From: an uncultured cyanobacterium
GTDB taxonomy: Bacteria > Cyanobacteriota > Cyanobacteriia > PCC-6307 > Cyanobiaceae
Direction: 5' to 3'
NCBI GenBank assembly: GCA_903882285.1
Contig: CAIRWM010000055.1
Location: 9,473 to 73,472, forward strand
DNA length: 64,000 nt
The position numbers and the translations under genes are program-made. Below the pieces are notes generated by a model. It did not search any database. It saw nothing but the letters and a program-made list of their open reading frames with translations, and was not told where the DNA came from. This document shows positions 9,714 through 19,609 of this stretch, in pieces (position 1 is the first letter of the stretch; each line of letters opens with the position of its first letter).

Positions 9714-10654
9714 GCCGGCACGCCAACGGAACGGCAACGGCGGCGGCCATCCAGCACTGCCACGGCCACCAATGGCAGATCCAACCCAGCCAGATTGAAT
9801 CGAGACTGATCCACCCCGGCCAAGGCCCCGATGTCCCAGTCCTGGCGCCCTGAGACCGAAGCCTCCCAGCCGGGCGGCAAGAGCGGATCCTGGTACAGGG
9901 CCGGCGGCAGGGAGCAGATGCTGGCGCGCACCAGCCGATCGAGTTCCGCCGCCGCCAGCCAGCCACCACCGGCCCGGCGCTGCTGGGCCTCAGCCTGAAA
10001 GCGCCAGCGGCGCGGCAGACCCCAATGGAGGGGCCGCAACAACGCCAGCCCATCGCAGGCGCGCCAGATCGGCCGGTATGTCGCCAGCTGCCGGTCCCAG
10101 TACGGAAGCCACTGGCGCTCCAGCGGCGTGAGCTCCGCCAGGTCCTGAGTGGGCAGGTCGGCGAGCGCCTCGGCGCCGAGGGGACGGCAGCCCATCAGCC
10201 AGCCTTCGAGCAGCAGCGCCTCGGCCTGCTGCCCTCGCCAGCCATGGCGATCCCCCTGACCGGCGGCCATGGTCTTGTCGAAGCGGGGCAGCCGCAGCCG
10301 CCCGCTGCGGCGCCAGTTGGCCAGGGCCTCCTGCAACAGAAGCAGGTCGTGGCTGCCCGGCGGCACCCGCCCCACCCCGAACGGGTTCCCCAGCAGAGCG
10401 CTGCGCCGCTGCGGCCAGGGCAGATAGAGATCGTCGATCGAAGCCACCGCCAGGGACAGTCCCAGCCCGGGGGCCAGCCGTTCCAGCAGCCGGGCCAGGC
10501 TGCTCTTGCCCGCCCCCACCGGCCCGTTGAGCGCCAGCACCGGCCGCCGCTGACCGCCATGGCAGCGATCGACCAGAAACCGCAGCAGCGGAAGGGCGAA
10601 GCCCTCCACCAGGGCCGGATCGATCGCGGGGAGCTCCGTCAGCGGTGCCGCCAT
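9674..10654 (-). CDS. P-loop kinase resembling plant-type D-glycerate 3-kinase (GLYK)
   Basis: [37 protein letters not shown] and WRFQAE, in the order seen in GLYK/Tda10. Probable start ATG 10654. Confidence 0.65.
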   Translation of the reverse strand: MAAPLTELPAIDPALVEGFALPLLRFLVDRCHGGQRRPVLALNGPVGAGKSSLARLLERLAPGLGLSLAVASIDDLYLPWPQRRSALLGNPFGVGRVPPGSHDLLLLQEALANWRRSGRLRLPRFDKTMAAGQGDRHGWRGQQAEALLLEGWLMGCRPLGAEALADLPTQDLAELTPLERQWLPYWDRQLATYRPIWRACDGLALLRPLHWGLPRRWRFQAEAQQRRAGGGWLAAAELDRLVRASICSLPPALYQDPLLPPGWEASVSGRQDWDIGALAGVDQSRFNLAGLDLPLVAVAVLDGRRRCRSVGVPAQDSASSPSSAIG

Positions 10655-10676
10655 CAGAGGGGACGGCAGTCGTCCC

Positions 10677-11024
10677 TCAGGTTCCAAGCTTGAAGGCCTC
10701 CAGCACCAGGGCGTAGGTGGTGCCGATGCGCAGGTTGTCGACCATCACCCAGCCCAGGGAGGGCTCATCCCCCACCAGACGGGTGCGCAGCCGCACCAGC
10801 AGCTCCATCAGCAGCAGCAGCGCCAGCACCATCGCGACGCGGCCACCGGGAAATCTCAGCAGCAGCAGACTGCTGAGGTTCTGGGCCAGATAGAAGCCAA
10901 CCAGCAGCGACAGCAGCGACAGACTGCCCGCCCGCCAGCTCTGGCGCAGCTGACGCAGCAGCGATCCACCCAGACGGCTCTGCAGCCGCTGCAACCGGGT
11001 GCGCTGCGTCGCCGGGCCGGTCAT
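10677..11024 (-). CDS. Ycf20/DUF565 family membrane protein
   Basis: WR..SL.LLSLLVGFYLAQ..VDNLRIGTTYALVLEAFKLGT. Its ATG overlaps the upstream stop (ATGA). Confidence 0.85.
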   Translation of the reverse strand: MTGPATQRTRLQRLQSRLGGSLLRQLRQSWRAGSLSLLSLLVGFYLAQNLSSLLLLRFPGGRVAMVLALLLLMELLVRLRTRLVGDEPSLGWVMVDNLRIGTTYALVLEAFKLGT

Positions 11025-11782
11025 ACATCGCCCCTCAATCTCTGCAGGTAGGAGAGCGTCACCTGGCCCTCGGGGCAAGGCACACCGGCGAGCAGGTCCG
11101 CGGGCCGCCCCGGATCACCAAGACCGTCCAGTACGGCCCTGGCACCAGCGAAGCGCTCCAACGGCTGGTCAGCGGTGGTGCAGCTGAGGGTCACCAGGGT
11201 ATCGAGGCCGGCGGCCGTCGCCGCCGCAAAACCCTGGGGGGAGTCCTCGATCGCCAGAAGCTGCCCCGCCGGCAGGCCGAGGTTAAGGATCGCCAGCCGG
11301 TAGGCCTCGGGATCGGGCTTCTTGGCGCGCACGTCGTCGCCGCAGATCCAGAAGCTGAAGGCGTCGGCCAGATCCGCCAGGGCGCCGGCCGCCAGCGCAG
11401 CCACCGCCGGCCGGCCGCTGGTGGTGACGATCCCCTGGCGCAGCCCGGCCTGCTGCGCCTCGCGCACCAGCCGGGCCACCCCGGGGCGCAGCGGCAGCTC
11501 CCCCCGCTGCAGCAAGGCGCCGTAGTGGAGCTGCTTGCAGCGCTGCAGCACGGCCACCCGTTCCGGATCAGGGGGCTCCCCCTCCGCCTGCGCCAGGAAG
11601 GCGCTGAGACGCTCGCGGCCGCCACTGATCGCCAGCAGCCGCCGGTAGATGGGCCCATCCCAGCGCCAGGGCAGGCCCTGCTCCTCAAAGGCGGCGTTGA
11701 AGGCCAGGCGATGGCCATCCAGTTCGGTCTCGGCGAGGGTGCCATCGACGTCCCAGAGCAGGGCTGCCAGGGGTTCGGCCAT
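11021..11782 (-). CDS. CbbY-like HAD-IA hydrolase
   Basis: WDVDGTLAETE.DGHR.AFN, GGRERL, IVTT, KKPDPEAY and AIEDS motifs. Confidence 0.88.
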   Translation of the reverse strand: MAEPLAALLWDVDGTLAETELDGHRLAFNAAFEEQGLPWRWDGPIYRRLLAISGGRERLSAFLAQAEGEPPDPERVAVLQRCKQLHYGALLQRGELPLRPGVARLVREAQQAGLRQGIVTTSGRPAVAALAAGALADLADAFSFWICGDDVRAKKPDPEAYRLAILNLGLPAGQLLAIEDSPQGFAAATAAGLDTLVTLSCTTADQPLERFAGARAVLDGLGDPGRPADLLAGVPCPEGQVTLSYLQRLRGDV

Positions 11783-11873
11783 CGGGCGCCTTGCTGCGGT
11801 CCAGGCCCGGGAAGATTAGGAGGGCTGCGGCCGTCCACCTCGGGGCGCACAATGCAGCCACCCTGCCCGCGCC

Positions 11874-13838
11874 ATGGTGCTGCCAGCCCCCGACGAGCAA
11901 CGCTGGCAACTGCCCGCCCCCCTAGGCCCCGCCGATCCCAGCGCCGAGGCGCAGGGACTGCCCCAGGAACTGCAGGCGATGCTGCAGCGCCGCGGCCACA
12001 GCGGTGCGGCGGCGCTGAAGGCCCTGCTGGATCCCGAGGCGGCCCCGGATCCCCGCCTCCACTTCCCCGATCTGGTGGCGGCCGAGCAACGGCTGGAACA
12101 GGCCTGCCGCTGCGGTGAGGCGGTGGCGATCTGCGGCGACTACGACGCCGACGGCATGACCAGCACGGCCCTGCTGGTGGGGGTACTGGAACGACTGGGG
12201 GCCAGGCCCCAGGCGGCAATTCCCAGCCGCATGGACGATGGCTATGGGCTCAATGTGGCGATGGTGGAGCGCCTCGCCGCCGCGGGGGTGCGGCTGCTGA
12301 TCACGGTCGACAACGGCGTCGCGGCCCGCGAGGCGCTGGAGAGGGCCGAGGCCTTGGCGGTGGAGGTGATCCTCACGGATCACCACAGCCTGCCGGAGGT
12401 GCTGCCGCCGCACCGGGCCCTGCTGCATCCGGCCGTGACGCCGGAGGACTCCCCCTTCCGCGGCCTGGCTGGCGTGGGGCTGGCCCACGTGCTCGCCAGT
12501 GGCCTCTGCCGCCGCATGAAGCGCCGCGACGGCCTGGAGATCGCCCTCGACCTCTTCTGCATCGGCACCATCGCCGACATGGCCCCCCTGATGGGAGTAA
12601 ACCGCCGCTGGCTGATGGATGGCCTGCCCCGACTGGGCCGCAGCACCCTGCCGGGCCTGCGGGCGCTTCAGCAGATCGCCGGCATCGAGGAACGCCCCCT
12701 CGACGCCGAGACGGTGGGCTTTCAGCTGGCGCCGCGCATCAATGCCGTCGGACGCCTCGGCGATCCCCTGCTGGTGGTCGAGCTGCTCACCACGGCGGAT
12801 CCGGAGCGCGCCCTGGAACTGGCGCGCAGCTGCGAGGCGCTCAACCGCCAGCGACGCGAACTCTGCAGCGCCATCGAAGCGGAGGCGCTGGCCTTGCTCG
12901 AGGCCGATGGTCCGCATCGCCCCTCCTTTCTGCTGCTGGCCCAGAACCACTGGCATCACGGCGTGATCGGCATCGTCGCCGCCCGGCTGGTGGACCGCTT
13001 CGGCCTGCCGGCGGCGCTGCTGGCGGGCGAGGGTGAGGGCCGCCTGCGGGCCTCGGTGCGCGCCCCGAAGGGTTTTGCCGTCGACAGGGCCCTGCGGGCC
13101 TGCGGCAATCTGCTGGAGCGCTACGGCGGCCATCCGGCCGCCGGGGGATTCACGGTGCGGGCCGAGGCCCTTAACGCCCTGCACGAGCGGCTCGAGACCC
13201 TGGCCTGCCAGTGGCTCGGTGAGGGGGGCGGCGGCCGGCCGGTGCAGCCCGAAGCCCTGATGCCCCTCAAACGGATCGATCGCGACTTCTGGGAGCAGCT
13301 GCGACGCCTGGAACCATTCGGCATCGGCCATCCCATCCCCCTGTTCTGGAGCAGCCGCTGCGCCGTCAGCCAGTGCCGTCTGATGCGGGGCGGCCACCTC
13401 CAGCTCGAACTGGAACAGAACGGCGCTCGGCGCCGGGCCATCGCCTGGCGCTGGCAGGGACCGGAGACGGTGCAGGGGCCCGTGGATGTGGCCTATCACC
13501 TGCGGCTGGATCGCTGGCAGGGCCAGGAGCGGCTGCAGCTTGAGATCGTGGGACTCCGGTCCAGCTGCGGCGAGGAAGTGGTGCTGCAGCGGCGCGATCG
13601 CACTTACTGGTGCCGGCGTAAGGACGGATACTTGGTGATACGCAACGCTGCCGGCGCCGAATTGCATGCCCTGGTGAGTGCCGACACGGGGACGATCAGC
13701 GGACCCAGCCACGCCGGGAAGACCGGTACCAGGGAGTCCTCAGAGCCGCCTGGGTTGCCGACGCCATCTCTGCAGAACCATCCGTACCTGCAGGCGCTGG
13801 CGCGGGAGGCGGCGATGGCCCTGGGACTCACGGCCTGA
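11874..13838 (+). CDS. recJ: Single-stranded-DNA-specific exonuclease RecJ
   Basis: GDYDADGMTST, DGYGL, ITVDNG, TDHH (DHH), GTIADMAPL, APRINAVGRL and GGHPAAGG motifs. Confidence 0.95.
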   Translation: MVLPAPDEQRWQLPAPLGPADPSAEAQGLPQELQAMLQRRGHSGAAALKALLDPEAAPDPRLHFPDLVAAEQRLEQACRCGEAVAICGDYDADGMTSTALLVGVLERLGARPQAAIPSRMDDGYGLNVAMVERLAAAGVRLLITVDNGVAAREALERAEALAVEVILTDHHSLPEVLPPHRALLHPAVTPEDSPFRGLAGVGLAHVLASGLCRRMKRRDGLEIALDLFCIGTIADMAPLMGVNRRWLMDGLPRLGRSTLPGLRALQQIAGIEERPLDAETVGFQLAPRINAVGRLGDPLLVVELLTTADPERALELARSCEALNRQRRELCSAIEAEALALLEADGPHRPSFLLLAQNHWHHGVIGIVAARLVDRFGLPAALLAGEGEGRLRASVRAPKGFAVDRALRACGNLLERYGGHPAAGGFTVRAEALNALHERLETLACQWLGEGGGGRPVQPEALMPLKRIDRDFWEQLRRLEPFGIGHPIPLFWSSRCAVSQCRLMRGGHLQLELEQNGARRRAIAWRWQGPETVQGPVDVAYHLRLDRWQGQERLQLEIVGLRSSCGEEVVLQRRDRTYWCRRKDGYLVIRNAAGAELHALVSADTGTISGPSHAGKTGTRESSEPPGLPTPSLQNHPYLQALAREAAMALGLTA

Positions 13839-13848
13839 GGCCAGGCCC

Positions 13849-13956
13849 TCAGAGGGCGCCGCGGCGGTAGAAGAGGATGAAAATCACAGCCGGCCCGGCC
13901 AGGGTAATCAGGGCCAAGGCGCCGAAGTTGGCGATCAGGTGGAAGTCGATGCCCAT
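13849..13956 (-). CDS. psb30: Photosystem II protein Psb30 (Ycf12), 35 aa, absent from the ORF track
   Basis: Manual translation gives [35 protein letters not shown]. Confidence 0.92.
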
Positions 13957-14168
13957 GGTGCGCTGGCTCTTCAATGGCGATCGGCTTTCACTTTAGGTGG
14001 TTGCCGCCCGTCAACGCCGGCCGTCGCAGCGCCTGTGACGCCTTGTCACAGCGCCGGCCCGGTGGCATGCCGCCGCCGCGGGCCAAGCTGGTGGTGGAGC
14101 CAGGCGACACCCAGCGGGCCCTCCCGCATCCAGAGTTCCACCCCCCCTCCCCCGCACTTTCACGGACG

Positions 14169-14552
14169 ATGCAGAAATGGCGATGCATCAGCGGCTGCGG
14201 CGCATGCTGCCGGCTGGACCCTGCCTTGCGGGGCGAGGCCCTTGAGGCCCTCGACGTGGAGCAGCGCCAGCTCTACCTGTCGATGGTAGGAGTGGACGGC
14301 TGGTGCATCCACTTCGACACGGGGGGGCGCCGCTGTCGCATCTATGCACAGCGACCCGAATTCTGCCGGGTGGAGAACCTGGTTCGGCTGTTCGGTGGCG
14401 GCGGCGACAGCGGCCGTGGCGAGGTCGATAGACCGCCGCTCGAGCAGGACGCCGACGCCCTGGCCATCTCATGCTGCCGCCAGCAGATCCGCAGTGAATG
14501 CGGAGGTCGTGGCAGGGTAATGCGACGCTTCGAAAGTGCCATCCGCCGGTAG
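14169..14552 (+). CDS. YkgJ-family cysteine-cluster protein
   Basis: CISGCGACC, C.HFD...RRC.IYAQRPEFCR motifs. Confidence 0.85.
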   Translation: MQKWRCISGCGACCRLDPALRGEALEALDVEQRQLYLSMVGVDGWCIHFDTGGRRCRIYAQRPEFCRVENLVRLFGGGGDSGRGEVDRPPLEQDADALAISCCRQQIRSECGGRGRVMRRFESAIRR

Positions 14553-14554
14553 CC

Positions 14555-14986
14555 ATGACCCCTCCCCCTGAGTGCGATCCCGCCGAGGCAGCTGAGCTGG
14601 CTGGGGCCGCTCGATCCCCTGAACAAGCTGAGGCTGAGCCCTCCGACCCAGCCCCGGCCCCGACCTCCCGGGCCGGCAGTTGGGGGGCAGTGTTCCTCTC
14701 CACCGCCACAACGGTCTTCCTGGCGGAACTCGGCGACAAGACCCAACTGGCGGCCCTGCTGCTCTCGGCCGAGTCAGGCCGACCCGCCGTGGTGTTTCTG
14801 GGGGCCTCCCTGGCCCTGATCTGCTCGAGCCTGGTGGGGGTGCTGCTGGGCCGCTGGCTCTCCACGGTCATGGAGCCGCGCCAGCTTGAGAAGGCCGCCG
14901 GCATCCTGATGGTGGCCCTGGGGCTCTGGCTCGGCCGCCAGGCGATGCTGCACCTGGCCCCGCTCAGCCATCAGCCCCTCCCCTGA
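14555..14986 (+). CDS. TMEM165/GDT1 family half-transporter
   Basis: FLAELGDKTQLA motif followed by TM helices. Confidence 0.88.
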   Translation: MTPPPECDPAEAAELAGAARSPEQAEAEPSDPAPAPTSRAGSWGAVFLSTATTVFLAELGDKTQLAALLLSAESGRPAVVFLGASLALICSSLVGVLLGRWLSTVMEPRQLEKAAGILMVALGLWLGRQAMLHLAPLSHQPLP

Positions 14987-15004
14987 AGCCTGTCTCACCA
15001 CCCC

Positions 15005-15328
15005 ATGTTCGCCCTGCTGGCCTCCACCTTCGTCACCGTGTTCCTGGCGGAGCTGGGCGACAAGACGCAGCTGGCGATCGTCAGCATCAGCGGCACCTCA
15101 AGCCGGCCGGGCGCCGTCTTCGCCGGCAGCGCCGTCGCCCTGGTGCTGGCCAGCCTGGTGGGGGCCGCCGCCGGCGGGTCCCTGTCCTCGGTGATTCCCA
15201 CGGATGCGCTGCAGCTGGCCGCCTCCGTGGGTTTTCTGGTCATCGGCACCCGGCTGATCCTCAGCTCCTCCAGGCCCATCGAGGAGACGGACAATGCCGA
15301 TGCTGCCGACGGCAACCCCAATCCCTAA
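15005..15328 (+). CDS. TMEM165/GDT1 family half-transporter (second copy)
   Basis: FLAELGDKTQLA motif followed by TM helices. Confidence 0.88.
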   Translation: MFALLASTFVTVFLAELGDKTQLAIVSISGTSSRPGAVFAGSAVALVLASLVGAAAGGSLSSVIPTDALQLAASVGFLVIGTRLILSSSRPIEETDNADAADGNPNP

Positions 15329-15500
15329 ACTCAGCGCACACCGATCGCTGAGGGGCCTGCTTCCCGTACCGCAGGTTCCCTTGCCGCGCTTCGGCCTCCG
15401 CCGCACCAGCGGCCCCGGGCCCCAGCCCGAGACCACGGTCCCTGGCGGCCGCACTGTCGCGGCCCGTCGTTGCCTCCACCTCTCCCCAGCTCAGATCCCG

Positions 15501-17786
15501 ATGAAGTTCACGGTCGCCGACCTGCTCGACCAGCTCTCCACGGAGGAGTGCCTGCCCCTGGCGAAACTCGAGAAGTCTCTCGCCCTCACCACCAAGGGGG
15601 ACCGGCAGCAGCTGCGCATCGGCCTCGATGCCCTGGTGCGTCTAGAACTAGTTTGCGAAAACGAAGCAGGCCTGCTGCGCCGCGACTGCCCGGAGCTGAT
15701 TCCGGCGCGCTTGCGCTGCTCCAGCAAGGGGTTCTGCTTCGCCCTCCGTGATGACGGCGGCGAGGACATCTACATCCGCGACCACCAGCTCAACCACGCC
15801 TGGAACGGCGACCGGGTACTGGTGCGGATCAGTCGTGAGGGCGGCCGCCGCCGCTCGCCCGAGGGGGGCGTGCAGTGCATCCTCGAGCGCAACACCACCA
15901 GCCTGCTGGCCCAAATCGAACGGCAGGAGGAGCGACTGGTCGCCGTTCCCCTCGACGACCGGCTGCTGACCAGCGTTGAGCTGCCGGCCGAAGACGAAGT
16001 GCATCTCGAACCGGAGCAGGAGTCGGTGGTGGAGGTGCGCATCGACCGCTTTCCGGTGGGTCAGTTCGCGCCCCAGGGCCATGTGGCTCGCAGTCTGCCG
16101 GTGCGGGGCGGCGAGGAGGCCGATCTCGACCTGCTGTTGACCAAGCACCACCTGCACGAACGTCCAGCCGCCCCCCGCGCCACCCTCAAGGCGCCCCAGG
16201 AGAAGGGGCGCAACGACTTGAGCGCCCTGCCAACCCTGCTGCTGGAAGGCTGGAGCGGCGAGAACGCGCCGATCCTGCCGGCCCTGTCCCTGGAGCAGCG
16301 CGAAGGCGGCTGGCGGCTTTGGCTGCACAGCCCCGCCGTGGCGGAGCGGGTGGGCCTGGGCACCGGCCTCGACGGCTGGATGCGCGAGCAGGTGGAGGCC
16401 GTCTGTGCCGGCCAGCGCTGGCTGCCGCTGCTGCCCCCCGCCCTGGCCAAGGGGGCCGGCTTCCAGGCCGGCAAGGAGCAGGAGGCGGTCTCGGTGGCCC
16501 TCGACCTCGACGCCGAGGGATCCCTTGAGCACTACCGCTTCTGCCTTAGCCGCATCCGTCCCGATGTCCGGGTCGACGCTGCCGCCCTGGAGGCGCTGGC
16601 TGAACGCAAGCCCAAGGCCCGCACGCTGCCCGCGGCGCTCAAGGCCCTCAAGGATCAGCTGCCGCTGTTGGAGCAGGTGTTGACCCTCAGTGAGCTGCTG
16701 CGGCAGCGGCGACTGGCCGCCGGCTCGATCGATCTCGACCTCGCGATTCCAACGCTGGAGAGCCTGGGCGATCTGCGTCTCCCGGCCCCCGATGGCGGCA
16801 ATCAGGGCTGGCTGGTGGAGCGGGGCGGCACCACCCCCGACGGGGTGCTGCGTGAGGTCGTGCTGGTGGCCCACAGGGCCCTGGGCCAACATCTGGCCGC
16901 CCTGAAACTGCCCGGCCTGTTCGCGCTCAATGCCCCGGCGGAGGCCGCTGAGATCAATGAAGTGGCCAAGGCGGCCCTGGCCCTGGAGATCCCCTTGGAA
17001 CTGAGCGCCGAAGGCAATGCCAGTGCCGCCGAACTCGCGGCCGCCTTCGCCGGCACCGATCGCAAGCGGGCTCTCCAGCAGCAGCTGCGGGACAGCCTGC
17101 GCCCGGCCCAGCTGGGCGCCGAGCCAGGTGGTTATGCCGTGGCCGGGGAGCCCTTGGCCTTCGCCCCCTGGGCCTGCCCCGGGCTCCACTACGCCGATCT
17201 CTGGAACCAGCACCTGCTGGTCACCCTGCTCAGCGAAGGCAAGGACCGGCCCACGGTGCGCCACAAGATCAGCGCCGACATCGCCAGCGACAGCTGCCAC
17301 GGGGCGATCGACTGGGCCCTGCTGCCCCCCTCCCAGCTGGCCCCCTACGAGCAGGCGCTGGCCCACGGTCTGCCCCAGCGCCTAGATGGTCGGCGACGCC
17401 AGCTGCAGGAGTTCCAGGACGACCTGCTGACGATGGCGCAGGCCCGCCATGCCGAGCCCCAGGTGGGCCAGACCCTGCCGGGAGTAGTCAGTGGCGTGCA
17501 GAGCTACGGCTTCTTTGTAGAGGTGCCCCCCTCCAACGTGGAGGGGTTGGTACATGTCAGCTCTCTCAAGGACGACTGGTACGAGTACCGCTCGCGTCAG
17601 AACCGGCTGGTGGGGAGAAAGTTCCGCCGCACGTACATGATCGGTGACAGCGTCGAGGTCGAGATCCAGAAAGTGGATGCCCTGCGCCACCAGATCGACC
17701 TGGCCGTGCTGATGCCAGATCTAGAGGCTCAGGAGGACAGCAGCGAGGACGCCGCTGAAAGCATCGACGACGTGGCCTCGGACTGA
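15501..17786 (+). CDS. RNase II/R (RNB) family protein with cold-shock and S1 domains, catalytic motif degenerate
   Basis: KGFCFA/HAWNGDRVLV (CSD), GRNDL..LP (RNB start), and SYGFFVE..VEGLVHVSSL.DDWYEY (S1). Start ATG 15501. Confidence 0.85.
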   Translation: MKFTVADLLDQLSTEECLPLAKLEKSLALTTKGDRQQLRIGLDALVRLELVCENEAGLLRRDCPELIPARLRCSSKGFCFALRDDGGEDIYIRDHQLNHAWNGDRVLVRISREGGRRRSPEGGVQCILERNTTSLLAQIERQEERLVAVPLDDRLLTSVELPAEDEVHLEPEQESVVEVRIDRFPVGQFAPQGHVARSLPVRGGEEADLDLLLTKHHLHERPAAPRATLKAPQEKGRNDLSALPTLLLEGWSGENAPILPALSLEQREGGWRLWLHSPAVAERVGLGTGLDGWMREQVEAVCAGQRWLPLLPPALAKGAGFQAGKEQEAVSVALDLDAEGSLEHYRFCLSRIRPDVRVDAAALEALAERKPKARTLPAALKALKDQLPLLEQVLTLSELLRQRRLAAGSIDLDLAIPTLESLGDLRLPAPDGGNQGWLVERGGTTPDGVLREVVLVAHRALGQHLAALKLPGLFALNAPAEAAEINEVAKAALALEIPLELSAEGNASAAELAAAFAGTDRKRALQQQLRDSLRPAQLGAEPGGYAVAGEPLAFAPWACPGLHYADLWNQHLLVTLLSEGKDRPTVRHKISADIASDSCHGAIDWALLPPSQLAPYEQALAHGLPQRLDGRRRQLQEFQDDLLTMAQARHAEPQVGQTLPGVVSGVQSYGFFVEVPPSNVEGLVHVSSLKDDWYEYRSRQNRLVGRKFRRTYMIGDSVEVEIQKVDALRHQIDLAVLMPDLEAQEDSSEDAAESIDDVASD

Positions 17787-17791
17787 CGCCG

Positions 17792-18424
17792 ATGTCGTCC
17801 TCCGCCCCCGTGGTGCTCGCCGTGTCGGGTGCCTCCGCCCAGCCGCTGGCCGAGCGGGCCCTGCAGCTGCTGCTAGAGGCCGACGAGACGGTCGAGATGG
17901 TCACCAGCCGCGGCGCCATCGGGGTCTGGCAGGCAGAGATGGGCCTGCGGGTCCCCAGCGAACCCGACCTCCAGGAGCGCTTCTGGCGCGAGCGCACCGG
18001 CTGCGACCGCGGCGTGCTGCGCTGCCACCGCTGGAACGACCAAGCGGCCGCCATCGCCAGCGGTAGCTTCCAGACGCGGGGCATGGTGATCCTGCCGGCC
18101 AGCATGGGCACGGTGGGGCGCATCGCCTCCGGGGTGGCCCTCGACCTGATCGAACGAGTGGCCGATGTGCACCTGAAGGAGCGCCGCCCGCTGGTGATCG
18201 CCCCGCGGGAGCTGCCCTGGAACCTGGTGCACCTGCGCAACCTCACCGCCCTGGCGGAAGCGGGGGCCTGCATCGCCCCGCCGGTGCCGGCCTGGTACCA
18301 CCAGCCCAGCAGCCTCGATGAGATGGTGGACTTCCTGGTGATCCGCGTCTTCGATGCCCTCGGCCTTGAGCTGGGCGCCCTGAACCGTTGGCAGGGGCCG
18401 CTGCAGCGGCCATCCTCGTCCTGA
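17792..18424 (+). CDS. ubiX: Flavin prenyltransferase UbiX
   Basis: VSGASA, IASGSF, PASMGTVGRIASG, KERRPLVIAPRE and PPVPAWY motifs. Confidence 0.92.
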   Translation: MSSSAPVVLAVSGASAQPLAERALQLLLEADETVEMVTSRGAIGVWQAEMGLRVPSEPDLQERFWRERTGCDRGVLRCHRWNDQAAAIASGSFQTRGMVILPASMGTVGRIASGVALDLIERVADVHLKERRPLVIAPRELPWNLVHLRNLTALAEAGACIAPPVPAWYHQPSSLDEMVDFLVIRVFDALGLELGALNRWQGPLQRPSSS

Positions 18425-18461
18425 CGCTCCCCTGAATCCCCTGGCCCTGCTGCGCCGCCTG

Positions 18462-19022
18462 TTGCTGCTCCCCCTGCTGTCGCCCCTGCTGGCGGCGCTG
18501 CTGGTGGCCGCCATGAATCCGCGGCCGGCCGTGTCCCTGCGGCTGCTCACATGGCGGTCCCCCGCCATGCCTCTGGGGGCCTGGATCGCCGCCGCCGCCG
18601 CCGCCGGTGCGGCGCTCAGCGGCAGCGCCACGGCCCTCTCCCTGCGCCAAAACGCTCTGACCCTGCGACGGCGCCAACGGCGTGGCGTCAGCAGCTTCGA
18701 GCGCGAGATCGGGGCCTGGGACTCCGGGTTTGGAGGCGATACCCAGGGGCGTGCTGTCAAGCGCCCGCAACCGCCCACCTCCGTGTCCCGCAGCAGTTCG
18801 GGCGTCGGCAGTGCGGGCCCCAGCCGGGCCGCAGGGGAACCGGCGCCGACGGTGTCCGTTCCCTTCCGCGTGATTCGCCGCGCCCCCGCTGCGGCCGCCT
18901 GCCCCGCTGGGGTGGGAGCCAGGGTGGTGGCGGACGCCAGGGTCGCGACCGCCCCGACACCAGAGCCGGTGCCGGTGGGGGCCGAGGAGGACTGGGGCGA
19001 GAGCGTCAGCGACGACTGGTGA
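18462..19022 (+). CDS. Conserved hypothetical membrane protein
   Basis: Two hydrophobic segments, LRLLTWRSP.MPLG.W and a C-terminal EEDW...DDW. It sits in the ubiX run of co-oriented genes. Confidence 0.6.
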   Translation: MLLPLLSPLLAALLVAAMNPRPAVSLRLLTWRSPAMPLGAWIAAAAAAGAALSGSATALSLRQNALTLRRRQRRGVSSFEREIGAWDSGFGGDTQGRAVKRPQPPTSVSRSSSGVGSAGPSRAAGEPAPTVSVPFRVIRRAPAAAACPAGVGARVVADARVATAPTPEPVPVGAEEDWGESVSDDW

Positions 19023-19092
19023 GCAGGCCGTCAGACGGGCGAGGGGAAGTGCCTACAGTTCCGCCCAGCATCCCGCTCGTCAGGCCCCCACG

Positions 19093-19533
19093 GTGACCGA
19101 CTCCGCCCGTCCTGCCCCCGAACCCCCCCCTGCTGAGGCGAAAGCGCCTCCCGCCGCCAAGGCCAAACCGCCGGCCCCGGAGGACACCCCCTTCGAGCGC
19201 TTCGTGCCCGAGCTCTTCCTACCGGCGCTGCGCCGGGAGCTGGAGGCCTATGGCGGTCCGGCGCCAGAGCTGAGCTTCGAGCAGGGAGCGATGCCGGTGG
19301 TGGGCCGTGACTGCTGGATGGTCCAGGGCAGCCTGCCGGGGGAGAGGCGCTTCTGGCTCTGCTTCACCAGCCCCGACATCAGCGCAGCCAAGACGATCGC
19401 CATCAGCGAGGGGGGCGGTGCGCCCAGCCTGCTGGAGTCGTTTCTGATCGACGAGAAGAAGACCACCCTGGCCCTGCTGGTCTCCCGCCTGGTGCAGCGG
19501 CTTAACGGCCAGAAGTGGCTCGGAGCCAACTGA
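19093..19533 (+). CDS. DUF2996 family protein
   Basis: [43 protein letters not shown]. Confidence 0.85.
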   Translation: MTDSARPAPEPPPAEAKAPPAAKAKPPAPEDTPFERFVPELFLPALRRELEAYGGPAPELSFEQGAMPVVGRDCWMVQGSLPGERRFWLCFTSPDISAAKTIAISEGGGAPSLLESFLIDEKKTTLALLVSRLVQRLNGQKWLGAN

Positions 19534-19609
19534 AGCGGCTTCACACGCCGCCCGGCGCAGCCGGCAGCCCCCCTACGATGGATACATCAGCCTTCTCCCG
19601 CGACGCGCG

